Shown here: positions 31,629-42,154 of the stretch, piece by piece
Layout of the letters: each line of letters starts with the position of its first letter
How positions within the stretch are numbered: position 1 is the first letter of the stretch
NCBI GenBank assembly: GCA_963749655.1
Contig: CAVVOB010000016.1
Location: 32,001 to 96,000 of the forward strand
Length of the DNA stretch: 64,000 nucleotides
Direction: 5' to 3'
Source: Nitrospirota bacterium
GTDB taxonomy: Bacteria; Nitrospirota; UBA9217
The notes under the pieces: model-generated
Databases searched by the model: none
What the model saw: only the letters and a program-made list of their open reading frames with translations
What the model was told of the DNA's origin: nothing
Program-made: the position numbers and the translations under genes

Positions 31629-32845
31629 CTAACCGATCTTTCCAAAGGGACAGACCGGATACCTGCACACGTCGCATTTCATGCAGAGTCCGCCATGGCC
31701 CAGCTCGGCCAACTCTTTGCGTCCGATCCGTTCTCCGGCAAGTACCCGCGGAAGTATCAGATCGAAAATCGTGGTTTTTGCATACATTCCGCAGGCGGGA
31801 ATGCCGAGGATGGGGATTAATTCGGAATGCGGAATTCGGAATGCGGAATGTGCGTCTTGTGCTTGTTCGAATTCCCCATTCCGCATTCGCCATGCCGCAT
31901 TATCGATGTATCCCACCAGAAACATAGCTCCCGGCAGAACAGCCGAACCATAGGTAATGTCCGTGGCGCCCAGCTCCCGGATCGCGAACCGCGTCACATC
32001 ATCGGGATCCACGGACATGCCGCCCGTGGTGATCAGCAGGTCGGCTCCGGCCTTCAGCAGTTCCCGCAGCCTGTCCACGATGAACGCCTTGTCGTCCGGC
32101 GCATAATAAACGCCGACAAGCTCCCCGCCGACTCTCCTCGATCTTCTTCGTAATGACCGGCGCGAAGGCGTCCTTGATCCTTCCGTGGTAGACTTCGTTC
32201 CCGGTGATCACGACGCCGACTTTGGGTCTGCGGATCTCTTTTACTTCAATAACGCCGCGGACATATTCTTTCGATTTCGGATTGCGAATTCCGCATTCCA
32301 CCATGAACTATAAGCCGGAATTCTGAACTGTCGCGCAATTCTCACCGCCTCATCCACAATGCTCTTCTTAACCACCAGCGGGATCGCCCGCGTTCCCGCC
32401 ACGGTCTGTCCCTTTCTTCACGACCGTATTATCATGCAGCGTCGCGCACATTACGTCGCCGAGCATATTGAATGCAAGGAGTGCTTCGCGGTCGATTTTC
32501 AGCAGCCCGTCACGTTCAGCGATGATGCTGATCTTGCCTTCTTTCGGCTCGCCTTTGATGGCCACGCCGTCGTCCCATAAGCGCCTTGCGCGATGGCATA
32601 GGCGGCGTCGTTCTCGTGCATTTCGTCGTCGGCAACCTGCAGCACAAAGAGATGCTCCTTGCCGAGCCGCTGGAGGTGACAGACGTCCTCCTGCCTGATG
32701 ACATGGCCTTTTTTGAAAGCCCGCCCCTTGAACTCGCCGGGCCGTATTTCCGTGATGTCGTGGGCCAGGACCGTGCCCACGGCCTGTTCGACCGGAATCG
32801 CTCTTCATGTTCGATACCGCCGCTTTCATGTGCATCATCACACAT
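31629..32845 (-). CDS. Molybdopterin-binding (MoeA-like) protein, frameshifted, with two repeat insertions
   Basis: VLAHDITEIRPG, HENDAA, VITGNEVYHGRIKDAF, TGGMSVDPDD, YGSAVLPGAMF, C-terminal GGLCMKCDVCRYPVCPFGK. Confidence 0.85.
31821..31901. repeat. Palindromic heptad (ATTCCGC-type) repeat inserted in frame in a CDS
   Basis: ttcggaa tgcggaa ttcggaa tgcggaa ... ttcccca ttccgca ttcgcca tgccgca. Confidence 0.8.
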
Positions 32846-33205
32846 GGGAACCTCCCTTGAATATTTTCTTGAATCTCTTATCCACGACCTCCTGGATGCC
32901 CTTTTCCAGCGCATCGTATTTTTTCAGGAACTTCCGCGCATCAATCGTGAGCGTAGCGCCTCCGCCGTTCTTTCCGCCGGTTTGCCGATCGACCAGCTTC
33001 ACGCCGAGCCGTTCTTCCATGGCCTTGATATGACCCCATGCCTTGCGAAAGGAAATATCCACTTCCTGCGCCGCCCGGTTGATCGATCCGTGGGTGTCTA
33101 TGGCCTCAAGGAGAATAGCGCCTGCCCCTGCCGAAGACAGGCTCGCCGCTCGACTTCGATCCAGATCTTCGATCTGATCTCAAGATCGTTATGACTTTTC
33201 CGCAT
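32838..33205 (-). CDS. modE: ModE-type winged-helix molybdate regulator domain, frameshifted
   Basis: IRSKIWIE, PVFGRGR, GSINRAAQEVDISFRKAWGHIKAMEERLG..QTGGKNGGGATLT. Confidence 0.8.
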
Positions 33206-33237
33206 AACGCACCGCCATCAGAATTGGTCGAGTTTGA

Positions 33238-33824
33238 TCACCTCGTATATAGCCGCCCCTGGCACAGGGAGCGCACAGCACCCTTGCCGTCCCGGTAGAC
33301 CTCCCTCATATCCTGGACATGCTCGCCGCAGGAGTCGCACTGCACTCTGCGCATCGGTCTGCCCGGCATGTCCTCGGGGCGCACCTTGACGGTGACTTCC
33401 ATTACGTCGAAAAGTTCTTCATCGGTCATGACCTTGTACGCCTCAAGCTGTGCCGCATATTTGTTCTCAATCTCGGGGAAGTATTCCTTTGCCTTCTCGC
33501 GCGAATCCTCCCGGGCGACGACCCGCATCGCCTGACCGGTTTTGAGATTCAGGTAGGTCGCCGCCATCTTGCCGTAATCCATGAATTTCATGCTTCGCTT
33601 GCCGAGACTGCACCCGTGACGGACTGGACCGCATCGGTGGCGCACCGGTCCATCTCGACGAACACGATGAGACTTTTCCTGTCCGCTCCCTTCGGATCGC
33701 TGATGCCGATTTCCCGGAGGCCGAGCATGGACATGCGGACGCCGAGCACCTGGCCGGCGCAAAGATGCCCATGGATTCTTACCGATTCGCTCAGCAGAGA
33801 CTCAAAATCCGACTTTATTCCCAT
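33238..33824 (-). CDS. FmdE family protein with C-terminal zinc finger, frameshifted
   Basis: [44 protein letters not shown]. Confidence 0.82.
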
Positions 33825-33869
33825 AATAAGTTGTTCCCCATTCGCTGAAAATTTGCTTATTTTTGTCCG

Positions 33870-34891
33870 TTACTGCATCAGCTGTAAAGCATCGTCATGG
33901 CAAACATAATGTTCAAAAAAATTTTTGCCGAAGAACCCGTACGAAACAGTCGCTGCATCAACCGGGCAGAAATCGCTGCACAGACCGCATCCGGTGCATA
34001 AGGAAGAATTAAATAGCAGACCGGGGTCTTCCGCGTCTTTCTTGATCTTGAGAGCGCCGGTGGGACACATGCCGATGCAGGCATAACAATTATTACAAGA
34101 CGGTCCGGTTTTTACCGTGAAAGCATAATTGCGCAAGAGGTCAGTGACCGCATTGCCGTCAGCAAGCCTCCTCACGAGGGCATTGAGTATGGTTCGCGCT
34201 TCAAAGGAAGTCTTTTCTCCGTATACGACACGGGTCTTTCGACGTCTTCTTTGTCGATAACCCCGGCAATCTGTGTAAAGCCCATTGTCTTGAGCGTCTG
34301 AAAAAAACCCCTCCGGTCCAGGGAAACATCCTCAAAAATCAGGTCCGCTTTGTTTTCAACCACTATGATTTTTCCCCGACATCGAGGGATATTTTCGTTC
34401 CGCGCGCTTTGAATGCGTTCTTTGAGCATTGCAACGATAAACGAGTTCCTGCATGTCTCCGCAAGCGGTCAGGTTGAGGTACAGCGGCTTGTTGAGATAT
34501 TCCGTTAGCGCAATTAGATGCAGCTCCGACAGAAAGCCCAGACAGCCGGTTTTTTCGTGGGCTTCCGTGTCGCGGCCTTGTTTGCAGCCGAGCACGGGAT
34601 GCGGGACGGAATTCTGGATTTTTCTCAACTTGGAAAGAAGGACGAAAAAATCCACGTCCGGGACAATAAAACAGCCCGATGGGCACTCGGACACGCACAC
34701 CATGCACTCCGTGCACTTTCCCGCGTCAACGGCAATGCAGCCGTCGATGGATATTGCCCCGCTCCTGCAACTTGCGGTGCATATCGAACAGGTGCTTTTA
34801 TTAAAACGCATTCTTACGCAACGCGACCTGTCCGCTGAAATCAGCGGATCGGCGGTGCTTAAGGCCGTATGATGATCTTGTCCTGCAGCAT
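33870..34891 (-). CDS. 4Fe-4S dicluster protein of the arr operon (ArrE-like), frameshifted
   Basis: CSICTASC, CTECMVCVSECP, CNNCYACIGMCP, CTGCGLCSDFCP over three ORFs. Confidence 0.78.
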
Positions 34892-34901
34892 TGTTTATAT
34901 A

Positions 34902-35571
34902 TTAAACTCGCGCCAAGCTTTCCCGCAGCTCTTCCGGCATCGCGCAGCGATCAGTTTTCGACATAAAAACCGACAGGCAGTCGGCAAGAGCCTGATAAAA
35001 CGCGTTTTCCGTTCCCACTTTTATCTTTTCGCAGAAGGGAATGACCCATCCGTCCAAAAACGTCCGCCGGAAGGATTCCTGTCTGTTCAGAAAATAAGCG
35101 GCCTTCTTCCTGTCGTTTTTCTCAAGGGCTTCGACTTCATGGTATGCAAGATAATACATGAATTCCATTTCCGCCGTGATATGGTCCGGCAGATTTTGAA
35201 ACTGTTCGTCCATCGACAGGCCTTCCGCCTTGTAGAATTCCATGACCCTGGCCGTGGACTCGCCCATCACTTTTCTGCCCTCTTCCAGATATACGGAGCC
35301 GTACGGAGGAGCCAACAGCTCGTTAGGCCCCACAAAGAGCCGCGCGTACTCCACCAGCAGTTCCTCGTCTTCGTATTGCACTGCGGACGTTGCTCATTTT
35401 ATCCGAAAACACCGCCGCGTCCGGGCATACACGGTTCAGCAGATCACCGAGGACTGTAAAAACGTTCTCATCCAGGTACAACTTTTTTTGCGGCTGATAA
35501 AAACAGGCTGCAAGCAGTTTATAACAATCTCGCCGCGCCCGCTCGAATTCCATGAATTGTTCGATATCCAT
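34902..35571 (-). CDS. arrD: TorD/DmsD family chaperone (ArrD), one frameshift
   Basis: EYARLFVGP, APPYGSVYLE, LPDHITAEMEFM. Confidence 0.85.
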
Positions 35572-35603
35572 GCAGCACTCTCAATTCTTTAGAGTTTCAG
35601 GAA

Positions 35604-35650
35604 TATGGAGCGATGGGGACCGGTCTACTACCGGTCTCCCATCACTCCAT
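35604..35650. repeat. Intergenic hairpin with 8-nt periodic arms between arrB and arrD
   Basis: ATGGAGCGATGGGGACCGGT-ctact-ACCGGTCTCCCATCACTCCAT. Confidence 0.6.
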
Positions 35651-35664
35651 GATGCAATGAGTAT

Positions 35665-36464
35665 TTACGCTTTACCGGCCGCAGGCTTGTAGCTCCTGAC
35701 GTAAAACACATTAGGCTTCGTGCTTTTTTCACCGGCCTTCAAAAGCTCGCCCTTGTTGTTCTTGAGCTGGACCGGCTTGTGCTTCTTGAGGACCTGGCTG
35801 ATCTCGCTGTTCGGATCGTCCTGATCGCCGAAGATGCGGGCCTTTGCCGGGCAGGAAACCACACAGTACGGCTGCTCGCCCTTCTTCACCCGGTGTTCGC
35901 AGAATATGCACTTCTCCACAATGCCGCTCCTCCGGACACTCTCATATTCCGGATGTTTGTAGAGCGTGCGGTGCGGAGGTGTGTCCCCTGCCGTTTTGGA
36001 CACCTCCGCGCCCGAGGAGGTGCAGCCGGGAATCATCTCCTTCGTGTCCTGGTAAAACGGATGTGTCGTGCCGCCGTGGGCGTTGAAGCTCAGCACACTG
36101 TATGCGGCCTTGTTCTTGTCCACGTCCGTGGTGCTGTAGGGACAGGCACGCTGGCAGTTCTGGCAGCCGATGCACCGTTCGTCGTTGTGCATGGTAATGC
36201 CGTCGGCGCGTCTTGAACATCGCCTTGGGCGTCACCGGGCAGGCCTTCACGCAAGGGGCGTCGGTGCAGTGATTGCAGAGCACCGGCATTGTGCTGGCCT
36301 TGACGTTCGGGAACTTCCCTTCCTCTTTCATGATGTAATCGGCCCAGTTGAAGGTCTGTCCGTCAGCCCTGTCCTGGGTATTATTCTCTGTCTTGCAGGC
36401 GATGGCGCACGCGCCGCAACCCACGCATTTCTGCAGATCTATGACCATTCCGATATTTAGGCAT
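35665..36464 (-). CDS. arrB: Respiratory arsenate reductase Fe-S subunit, frameshifted
   Basis: GMVIDLQKCVGCGACAIACKTENN, CNHCTDAPCVKACP, CIGCQNCQRACPY, EKCIFCEHR..PYCVVSCP. Adjacent to arrA. Confidence 0.88.
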
Positions 36465-36482
36465 GTATCGTCTCCTCCTTTC

Positions 36483-39100
36483 CTATATCTTTTCGATCTT
36501 GACGCCGGTGAAGCCGCCGTTGCGGGCAGTGGCCCCGCTCAAACGATCGTAGTCGTCAACGAGCAGCTCGTTATTGTTGCCGCCGCGCGGTTGCGCCTTG
36601 GCGTAATCCTTGGCAGCCACACGGCCGTAGGCCCAGTGACCCTGGCCGTAGCACTTGGCGATCGTGCCGGGGCGCACCCCTTCCCACAACTTCGCCTTGG
36701 TGACGATGGAGCCGGTGGTGGAGGTAAGGCGGATTGTGTCGCCGTTCTTGATCCCCAGTTTTTTGGCGTCGCTCGGGTTGATCTTGGCCACGTCGTCCCA
36801 GCTCACGTCTCCCTGGTCCACCTTCTTGAACTCGTGGTACCAGGTCGTATTCTGGCTCCGGCCCTCCCGGTTGAGCCTTGACTTGTAGTCGATGAAGGTA
36901 AAGGGATATTCCTTGTCGCTGCCGTGACGCTTGGGCGACTCGTAGTGGGGCACAAACACCAGCTCGCCCTGGGCCTCGTACCCGCTCCCCTTCAGTACCT
37001 CGTCGATGGTGGTCTTATTTTTCTCGGCAAACAGGGTGAGGGTTTTCTTCAGCGTTTCACTGTAAAACTCGAATTTCTTGGTCACCGTCTTGAACTTGCC
37101 CTCGAACTTTTTGGTCTCGGGGTTGTCCTTGCCCCAGTTCTTTTTGTAGGCATAGGTTTCGGAGTTGTAGATCCCCTTCTTTTTGAAGTCCTCCCAGCCC
37201 GCGAGTCTGGTCGCCCTTCATCTTTTCCTTGCCGTTCCAGACCTTCTGACTGGAGATTTTGGCGGCGATTTCGGCGAACTCGGCGGCGTTAAGCGGCTTC
37301 TTTTTGGTTTCCGGGTCTTCAAAGGAGGCGTAGTAGTCAAACAGATTGGCAAAGCCTTTGGCTTTCAGCTTCTCGGCCAAGCAGCCACATGACCTCGGTT
37401 TCCTCGGCCTTGGCCTGCCAGAGCGGCTTGATCACCGGCTGCTGAATGGATATATGTCCGTGCAGGTTGGCCATGTTGCCGACAATGGAGAGCTTCTCCG
37501 CCGGGGGCAAACGTGGCCGGCAGGACGATGTCGGCATACTGGGTCATTTCCGAGGCGTTGGTGACCATGTGCACGAAAAACGGCATCTTGGCCATGACCT
37601 TTTCCCAACGCTGGGAACCGGTAGCTGAGAAGACGAAGTTGCTCCAGGTGCTGAGGAACACCTTGATGGCCCCCGGGTCCTTCAGCAGGGCGTTGGCCAC
37701 GTTGTTGGTGACCACACCGGCCATGGCGCTCTCCGTTTCCTTTCCGTCCTTGTCTTTCTTTTTCTCAAAGCCGCCCAGGATGGCAGGCATGTCCTTGGCG
37801 CCGCGGCCGTCGATCTTTTTGCCGTGGCCATGATGCTTGGCAATTTCATCAATAAATGCGTCGGGCTTCGGGAATTTTTCCACCGGCGCGCTGGAGCTCT
37901 GCATGACGCCGCCCTCGGTATCGATGGAGCCCAGAATTCCGTTCAGCGCATAGACCGCCATGGCGGCATAGGTGCCGCGGGGCGTCATGGCCACACCGGG
38001 ACCCATCCAGACGGATGTGGCGGACCCGGCCTTGCCCATGGCACGGGCCACGCGGATGATCTGATCTTTGGGGATCAGGGTCTTTTTAGCGGCCCAGGCC
38101 GGGGTCTTGTCCTTCAGTTCGATATTCCACCACTTGACCACGCCGTGGGTCTGCTTCTCAACAAAAGCGGCCTCGTCAACGGTCTTACCGGCCTTGAAGA
38201 GGTTCTTGCCCTCTTTGAAATCGCCGACGAATTCCTTGCTCCACATCCCTTCGGTCATGATGACATGAGCTAGGGCCGCGGCCAGGGCGCCGTCCTCACC
38301 CGGTTTGATGGGGAGCCACTCGTTGGCCTTGGCAGCCGAGGTGGAGAGGCGAGGATCAACGGCGATTACCGTACCGCGATCGAAAATGTCGCCGAATTTG
38401 ATTGATGGCGTTGGGCACCTGTCGGTTGGAGCTGAGCGGGTCGCTGCCCCAGATCACCAGGCAGGTGGTCTTGGCCAGATCGTAGTCCCGGTAGCCGAAG
38501 AAACCCTGGGTGTAACCGGGCCCCATCTTCTCCGCCTCGGCGCAGATAGCGCTGTGGGAGAAGTAATTGGGAGTGCCGTAGATCTTGGGCAGTGTGCCGT
38601 AGAGCAGATCGGTGGAGGTCGGAGGAGTAGCGGCCGCGCATGTACATCAGCTTTTCCGGTTCGTTGGCCTTGCGCAGTTCCATCATCTTGTCCGCGACGG
38701 TGTCCAGCGCTTCGTCCCAGGTGATAGGGACGAACTTGGGATCGATGCCACGCCCCTTTTCAGGGTTGGTGCGCTTCATGGGGACCTTGATCCGGTCAGG
38801 ATCGTAGACCTGCTGAAGCATCAGGTGACCGCGCGGGCAGCAGTAGCCGTTGTTGGCCTTGCTGAGCTGGTTGCCGCGCACCTTGACTGCCCGGCCCGCC
38901 TGCACAAAAAACTCGACCGGACACCAGGCAGTGCAACCCTGACAGGTGGAGGGTATCCACTCGCCCGGTGCCGTATGCCGCCGATGGCCTTTTCTCCGCT
39001 CCTTGTCGGCGGCAAAGGCATTGAGCGACAGCCCTCCCAGCGCCGCTACTGCTCCGGCGGCAACGCTCACCTTCAGAAAATCCCTTCTCTTGATCCGCAT
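36483..39100 (-). CDS. arrA: Respiratory arsenate reductase catalytic Mo-bisPGD subunit, several frameshifts
   Basis: Tat signal KRRDFLK, WIPSTCQGCTAWC, MRGRY, manually translated SHSAICAEAEK and GYRDYDL, KSRLNREGRS, CYGQGHWAYGR. Confidence 0.9.
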
Positions 39101-39357
39101 GCTGCCTCCTTATAGTGTCGGTTGAACAAAAGAATCCTTTTAAATTTCGTCGGTGCAATTAAGGTCAAACATGCTTTCAGCGTCGCTCCATCGTTGCCTG
39201 CTTCATCGCATGGTACGTCCTTGCCGCTCAATGCGCGTTTGAATCCCCCGATTGCCTCGCCGATCCCTTTGCCGAGCCCCGGCAGACGCGAAGATCCGAA
39301 GAGCAGCAGCACGATCACGAGAATGATCACAATTTCGGGCATTCCCAATCCGAACAT
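39073..39357 (-). CDS. tatA: Twin-arginine translocase TatA/E subunit
   Basis: MFGLGMPEIVIILVIVLLLFGSSRLPGLGKGIGEAIGGFK. The 3' end is uncertain because it overlaps arrA. Confidence 0.85.
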   Translation of the reverse strand: MFGLGMPEIVIILVIVLLLFGSSRLPGLGKGIGEAIGGFKRALSGKDVPCDEAGNDGATLKACLTLIAPTKFKRILLFNRHYKEAACGSREGIF

Positions 39358-39642
39358 GGTTCGCCTCCGTTGCGGACGATTAAATAATAGCCGTTCTCCA
39401 GCAGCATTATGAAAAATATTTCAAGTAGGCGCGGTTCCTCTTTCTGGAATATCAGATTCACATACAGACAGGTTGACTGCAAAAATGAAGACGGGACTTA
39501 CAGCATAACTGTTTTGGCACTTCTGCGTATCCTTTCCTTCGAAAAAGAATAATGCGAGGCCACAACACACTGCTGTACCGCTGATGAAATGGCACTAAAT
39601 GATGACGGGAATAAATTGAATAACTAAGGACGGGCAGACTTC

Positions 39643-39671
39643 ATTGTAGATAAATATCCCGACTCTGTCAA
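39643..39671 (-). promoter_or_regulatory. Near-consensus sigma70 promoter upstream of tatA-arr
   Basis: TTGACA-N17-TACAAT on the minus strand. Confidence 0.6.
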
Positions 39672-39971
39672 ACAGTAATTCGGATTTGACCGGGATTTTT
39701 TTAAATATTCATTTATGCACAGATTGCTGCACTTAGTTCAGTTTCACTTTATTCCTCTCCGGTCTGTGTACAACACCCTGCGGTTCTAAACTACTTTCCA
39801 ATACAAACAAGCAGTAAATTTATGAAGCAGGACGGACACCTCCCTTGGATACACTTGAAACACTCGCGTATGTCAACGTTGATCATGATATACTTAGTTT
39901 TTGAATATTGACTTCTCTGCAGAATCTGCTCACAGTGAACTGACGCCCGTTTGTTCCGGGAAAGACCCTTT

Positions 39972-40658
39972 ATGCAGACGTACATCGAAGTCTTCCTCAT
40001 CGGCCTTCTCGGAAGCATGCACTGCATCGGTATGTGCGGCGGTTTTGTTGCCCTGTACTCGCTCAAGAAGCCCGGTGGAGCTACACTGTTATCCCATCTT
40101 GTTTATAATGCGGGCAGGATAACGACGTATTCCCTGCTTGGGGGCGTTCTGGGAGCTTTGGGTTCGTTCTTCGCCTATGCGGGCAGACTCCGGGGAATTC
40201 CGGCATCGGTGCTGTTTCTCGCGGGCTTCACCATGATCGTGATGGGCCTGAACCTCTTCGGCATTCTCGGAAAACGCGGATTTTTCGAGCAGGCCGATAT
40301 TACGAAGGTCCCGGCGTTCCGCAGACTCTTCAGCCGCGTGCTGGCGTTCGAAAGCAGGACAGGAGTTTACCTTTTCGGACTTCTGCTCGGATTCCTTCCC
40401 TGCGGTCTGCTCTATCCTGTTTTGATCACCGCAGCCGCAAGCGGAGGTTTCTTGCCCGGGACACTTACCATGGCGGCTTTCGGCCTGGGAACCGTGCCTG
40501 TCCTCATAACGCTGGGACTGATGGTAAGCCGTATCAGTCCCTTTCTCAAGTTGTTCCTGCTCCGCCTAGCTGCGATCCTCATCATCGTCATTGGTATCCG
40601 CACCGTTCTCCGCGGTCTGTCGTTTTCCGGGCTGATACCACAGGGCAGGTTCTGGTAG
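39972..40658 (+). CDS. TauE/SafE-like (DsbD_2 type) membrane protein
   Basis: GLLGSMHCIGMCGG, YNAGRITTY, GFLPCGLLY, FGLGTVP. Confidence 0.85.
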   Translation: MQTYIEVFLIGLLGSMHCIGMCGGFVALYSLKKPGGATLLSHLVYNAGRITTYSLLGGVLGALGSFFAYAGRLRGIPASVLFLAGFTMIVMGLNLFGILGKRGFFEQADITKVPAFRRLFSRVLAFESRTGVYLFGLLLGFLPCGLLYPVLITAAASGGFLPGTLTMAAFGLGTVPVLITLGLMVSRISPFLKLFLLRLAAILIIVIGIRTVLRGLSFSGLIPQGRFW

Positions 40659-40959
40659 GCTCTCAACGGGGTGGCGTAGCAAGCTTCCGCAAAATTCCTC
40701 CGACATTTTTTCCTTTCTTAACACCGCCGAAATCTACGGCAGCTATGGAAGAGGCAAAAAAATATCGATGCCGGTTGAATAAGCCCTCAATAGGTGCGAC
40801 GAAGGCACGGAAGATGAGATCGACTCAACGAAGGAAGAGAAGAAACTGATCGAAACGGAAGCGAAAAATGCTGGCTGAAGAAGCGGTTCAGAAAGAGCCT
40901 GTTTGTTCACGCTGCTCAGATCACGAAACCATCCTCCGTAATTTACGGAGGATGGTTTT

Positions 40960-41565
40960 TTATATCCAGACTACTTTTGCGAAATCCTGCATGCCCTCTA
41001 CAATCTGGTTCGTCGTGCCCCGGCTGCCTACCTTCAAGTCTGATTCGAGATCGTAGTGCTTGAGACAGGTGCCGCAGGAATAAACCTCTACGCCGAGACC
41101 GGAAATTTCCTTCAGCACGGCGACGGTTTCATCGTTGATCGTGGTCAATTTAACGCCTGCATTCAGAAAAAAAATCGTGTGCGGCATCTGTTTGTAGACT
41201 TTCATAGTATCGAAAAAACCTTTTATCAGTTTTTTACCGAGCTCTTCATCCTTGCCGAGGCTGTCGGTCCCGATGATGAGCAGAAGGCCTTTTTTGTCTT
41301 CTTGAGACTCCGCATGACCCCTTCCGAATTCCGCATTCGATCTGCAAGTGTATCCCTTCACGACCTTTACTTTCCAGTCCTTCCCTTCCCTCGTCGTTTC
41401 GGCGAACAATCCGTTCTGCGCCGCATATCCCGCGACATTGAGCGCCGATTCCTCATTGTCCACAAGGACCTCGATAATTCCCTCGCCGAGCCCGGCGAGC
41501 GCCTGCTCGGTCATCATAACCGGAATGGGGCAGCTTTTTCCTCGCGCGTCAATTTGCATATACAT
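40960..41565 (-). CDS. yedF: YedF-like sulfurtransferase (TusA + DsrE domains)
   Basis: IDARGKSCPIPV, FFLNAGVKL, SCGTCLKHY. Confidence 0.85.
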   Translation of the reverse strand: MYMQIDARGKSCPIPVMMTEQALAGLGEGIIEVLVDNEESALNVAGYAAQNGLFAETTREGKDWKVKVVKGYTCRSNAEFGRGHAESQEDKKGLLLIIGTDSLGKDEELGKKLIKGFFDTMKVYKQMPHTIFFLNAGVKLTTINDETVAVLKEISGLGVEVYSCGTCLKHYDLESDLKVGSRGTTNQIVEGMQDFAKVVWI

Positions 41566-41808
41566 ACCTCCTGTTGATGGCGTCGGATTTCAAGATCAAA
41601 GCAGCAGGGATGTTAAAAACATGATTGGTCCCGCTGACGGACGGTGCCGTGTAATTGAGACCGCTCATTTGGATCGAAAGAAGAAGGAAGGCACCGGAAA
41701 TTCCGCCCATGGAGGTACAGAACAATATGGCCATCGCAACAAGGGGAGGGATAGGGATATTTGCAGTCACTCCGGAAACAGGGAACGTCATCGTCAGGAA
41801 GTCCATAT
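41549..41808 (-). pseudogene. Truncated TauE/SafE family N-terminus
   Basis: TFPVSGV..IPPLVA..TSMGGISGAFLLL..PSVSGTNHVFNI, then the similarity stops and the ORF runs into yedF. Confidence 0.55.
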
Positions 41809-41884
41809 GTTTTACTCCTCCTGTCAAATGAGCAAGGTACTCACCACTCGCGCGTTACTTTAGCAAAGATTCTTCGGCCTGGCA

Positions 41885-42112
41885 ATGAAAAAAGGCTCTG
41901 AGACCACGGTGGTTCTGCACGACGGCGGGTCGTTCACCTTTCAGGAGGCCACGATCGCGAACCTGGTGCGGGCCTACATCACGTTCAAGACCCATCCGAA
42001 GCAGCAAAAAATGGTTTGTCCGGCAGGAAACTCGATGATCGAAAGGCAGGCTATGCAGAATGGCAGCTCGTCGAGGATCGATCACCGCGGGAATGAGGGA
42101 TGCGCCTGCTGA
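41885..42112 (+). CDS. Small hypothetical protein, possibly degenerate
   Basis: Protein-like segment FQEATIANLVRAYITFKTHP. No function assigned. Confidence 0.4.
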   Translation: MKKGSETTVVLHDGGSFTFQEATIANLVRAYITFKTHPKQQKMVCPAGNSMIERQAMQNGSSSRIDHRGNEGCAC

Positions 42113-42154
42113 ACGGGTATGCTGAGCTGAAATCAAAGGAGATTCCGGAGACGG

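Noticed and set aside
36483-39100. ArxA, polysulfide reductase or pseudogene call for the Mo enzyme
   Set aside because: RGRY and SHSAICAE motifs and the ars context favour ArrA, and the breaks look like sequencing indels.
39358-39640. Moco riboswitch upstream of arr
   Set aside because: Only a loose GGAAAGG similarity is present, and the conserved core was not recognisable by eye.
40745-40940. Small acidic ORF with CxxC
   Set aside because: It needs two frameshifts to join and matches no family I recognise.
20539-41565. Selenoproteins (in-frame UGA) among the thioredoxin, AhpD, FmdE, YedF and ArrA genes
   Set aside because: The redox motifs I inspected all encode Cys, and the breaks are frame changes rather than in-frame TGA.
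20207-41900. Integrative element boundaries for the arsenic island
   Set aside because: I found no integrase, transposase, tRNA or flanking direct repeats.
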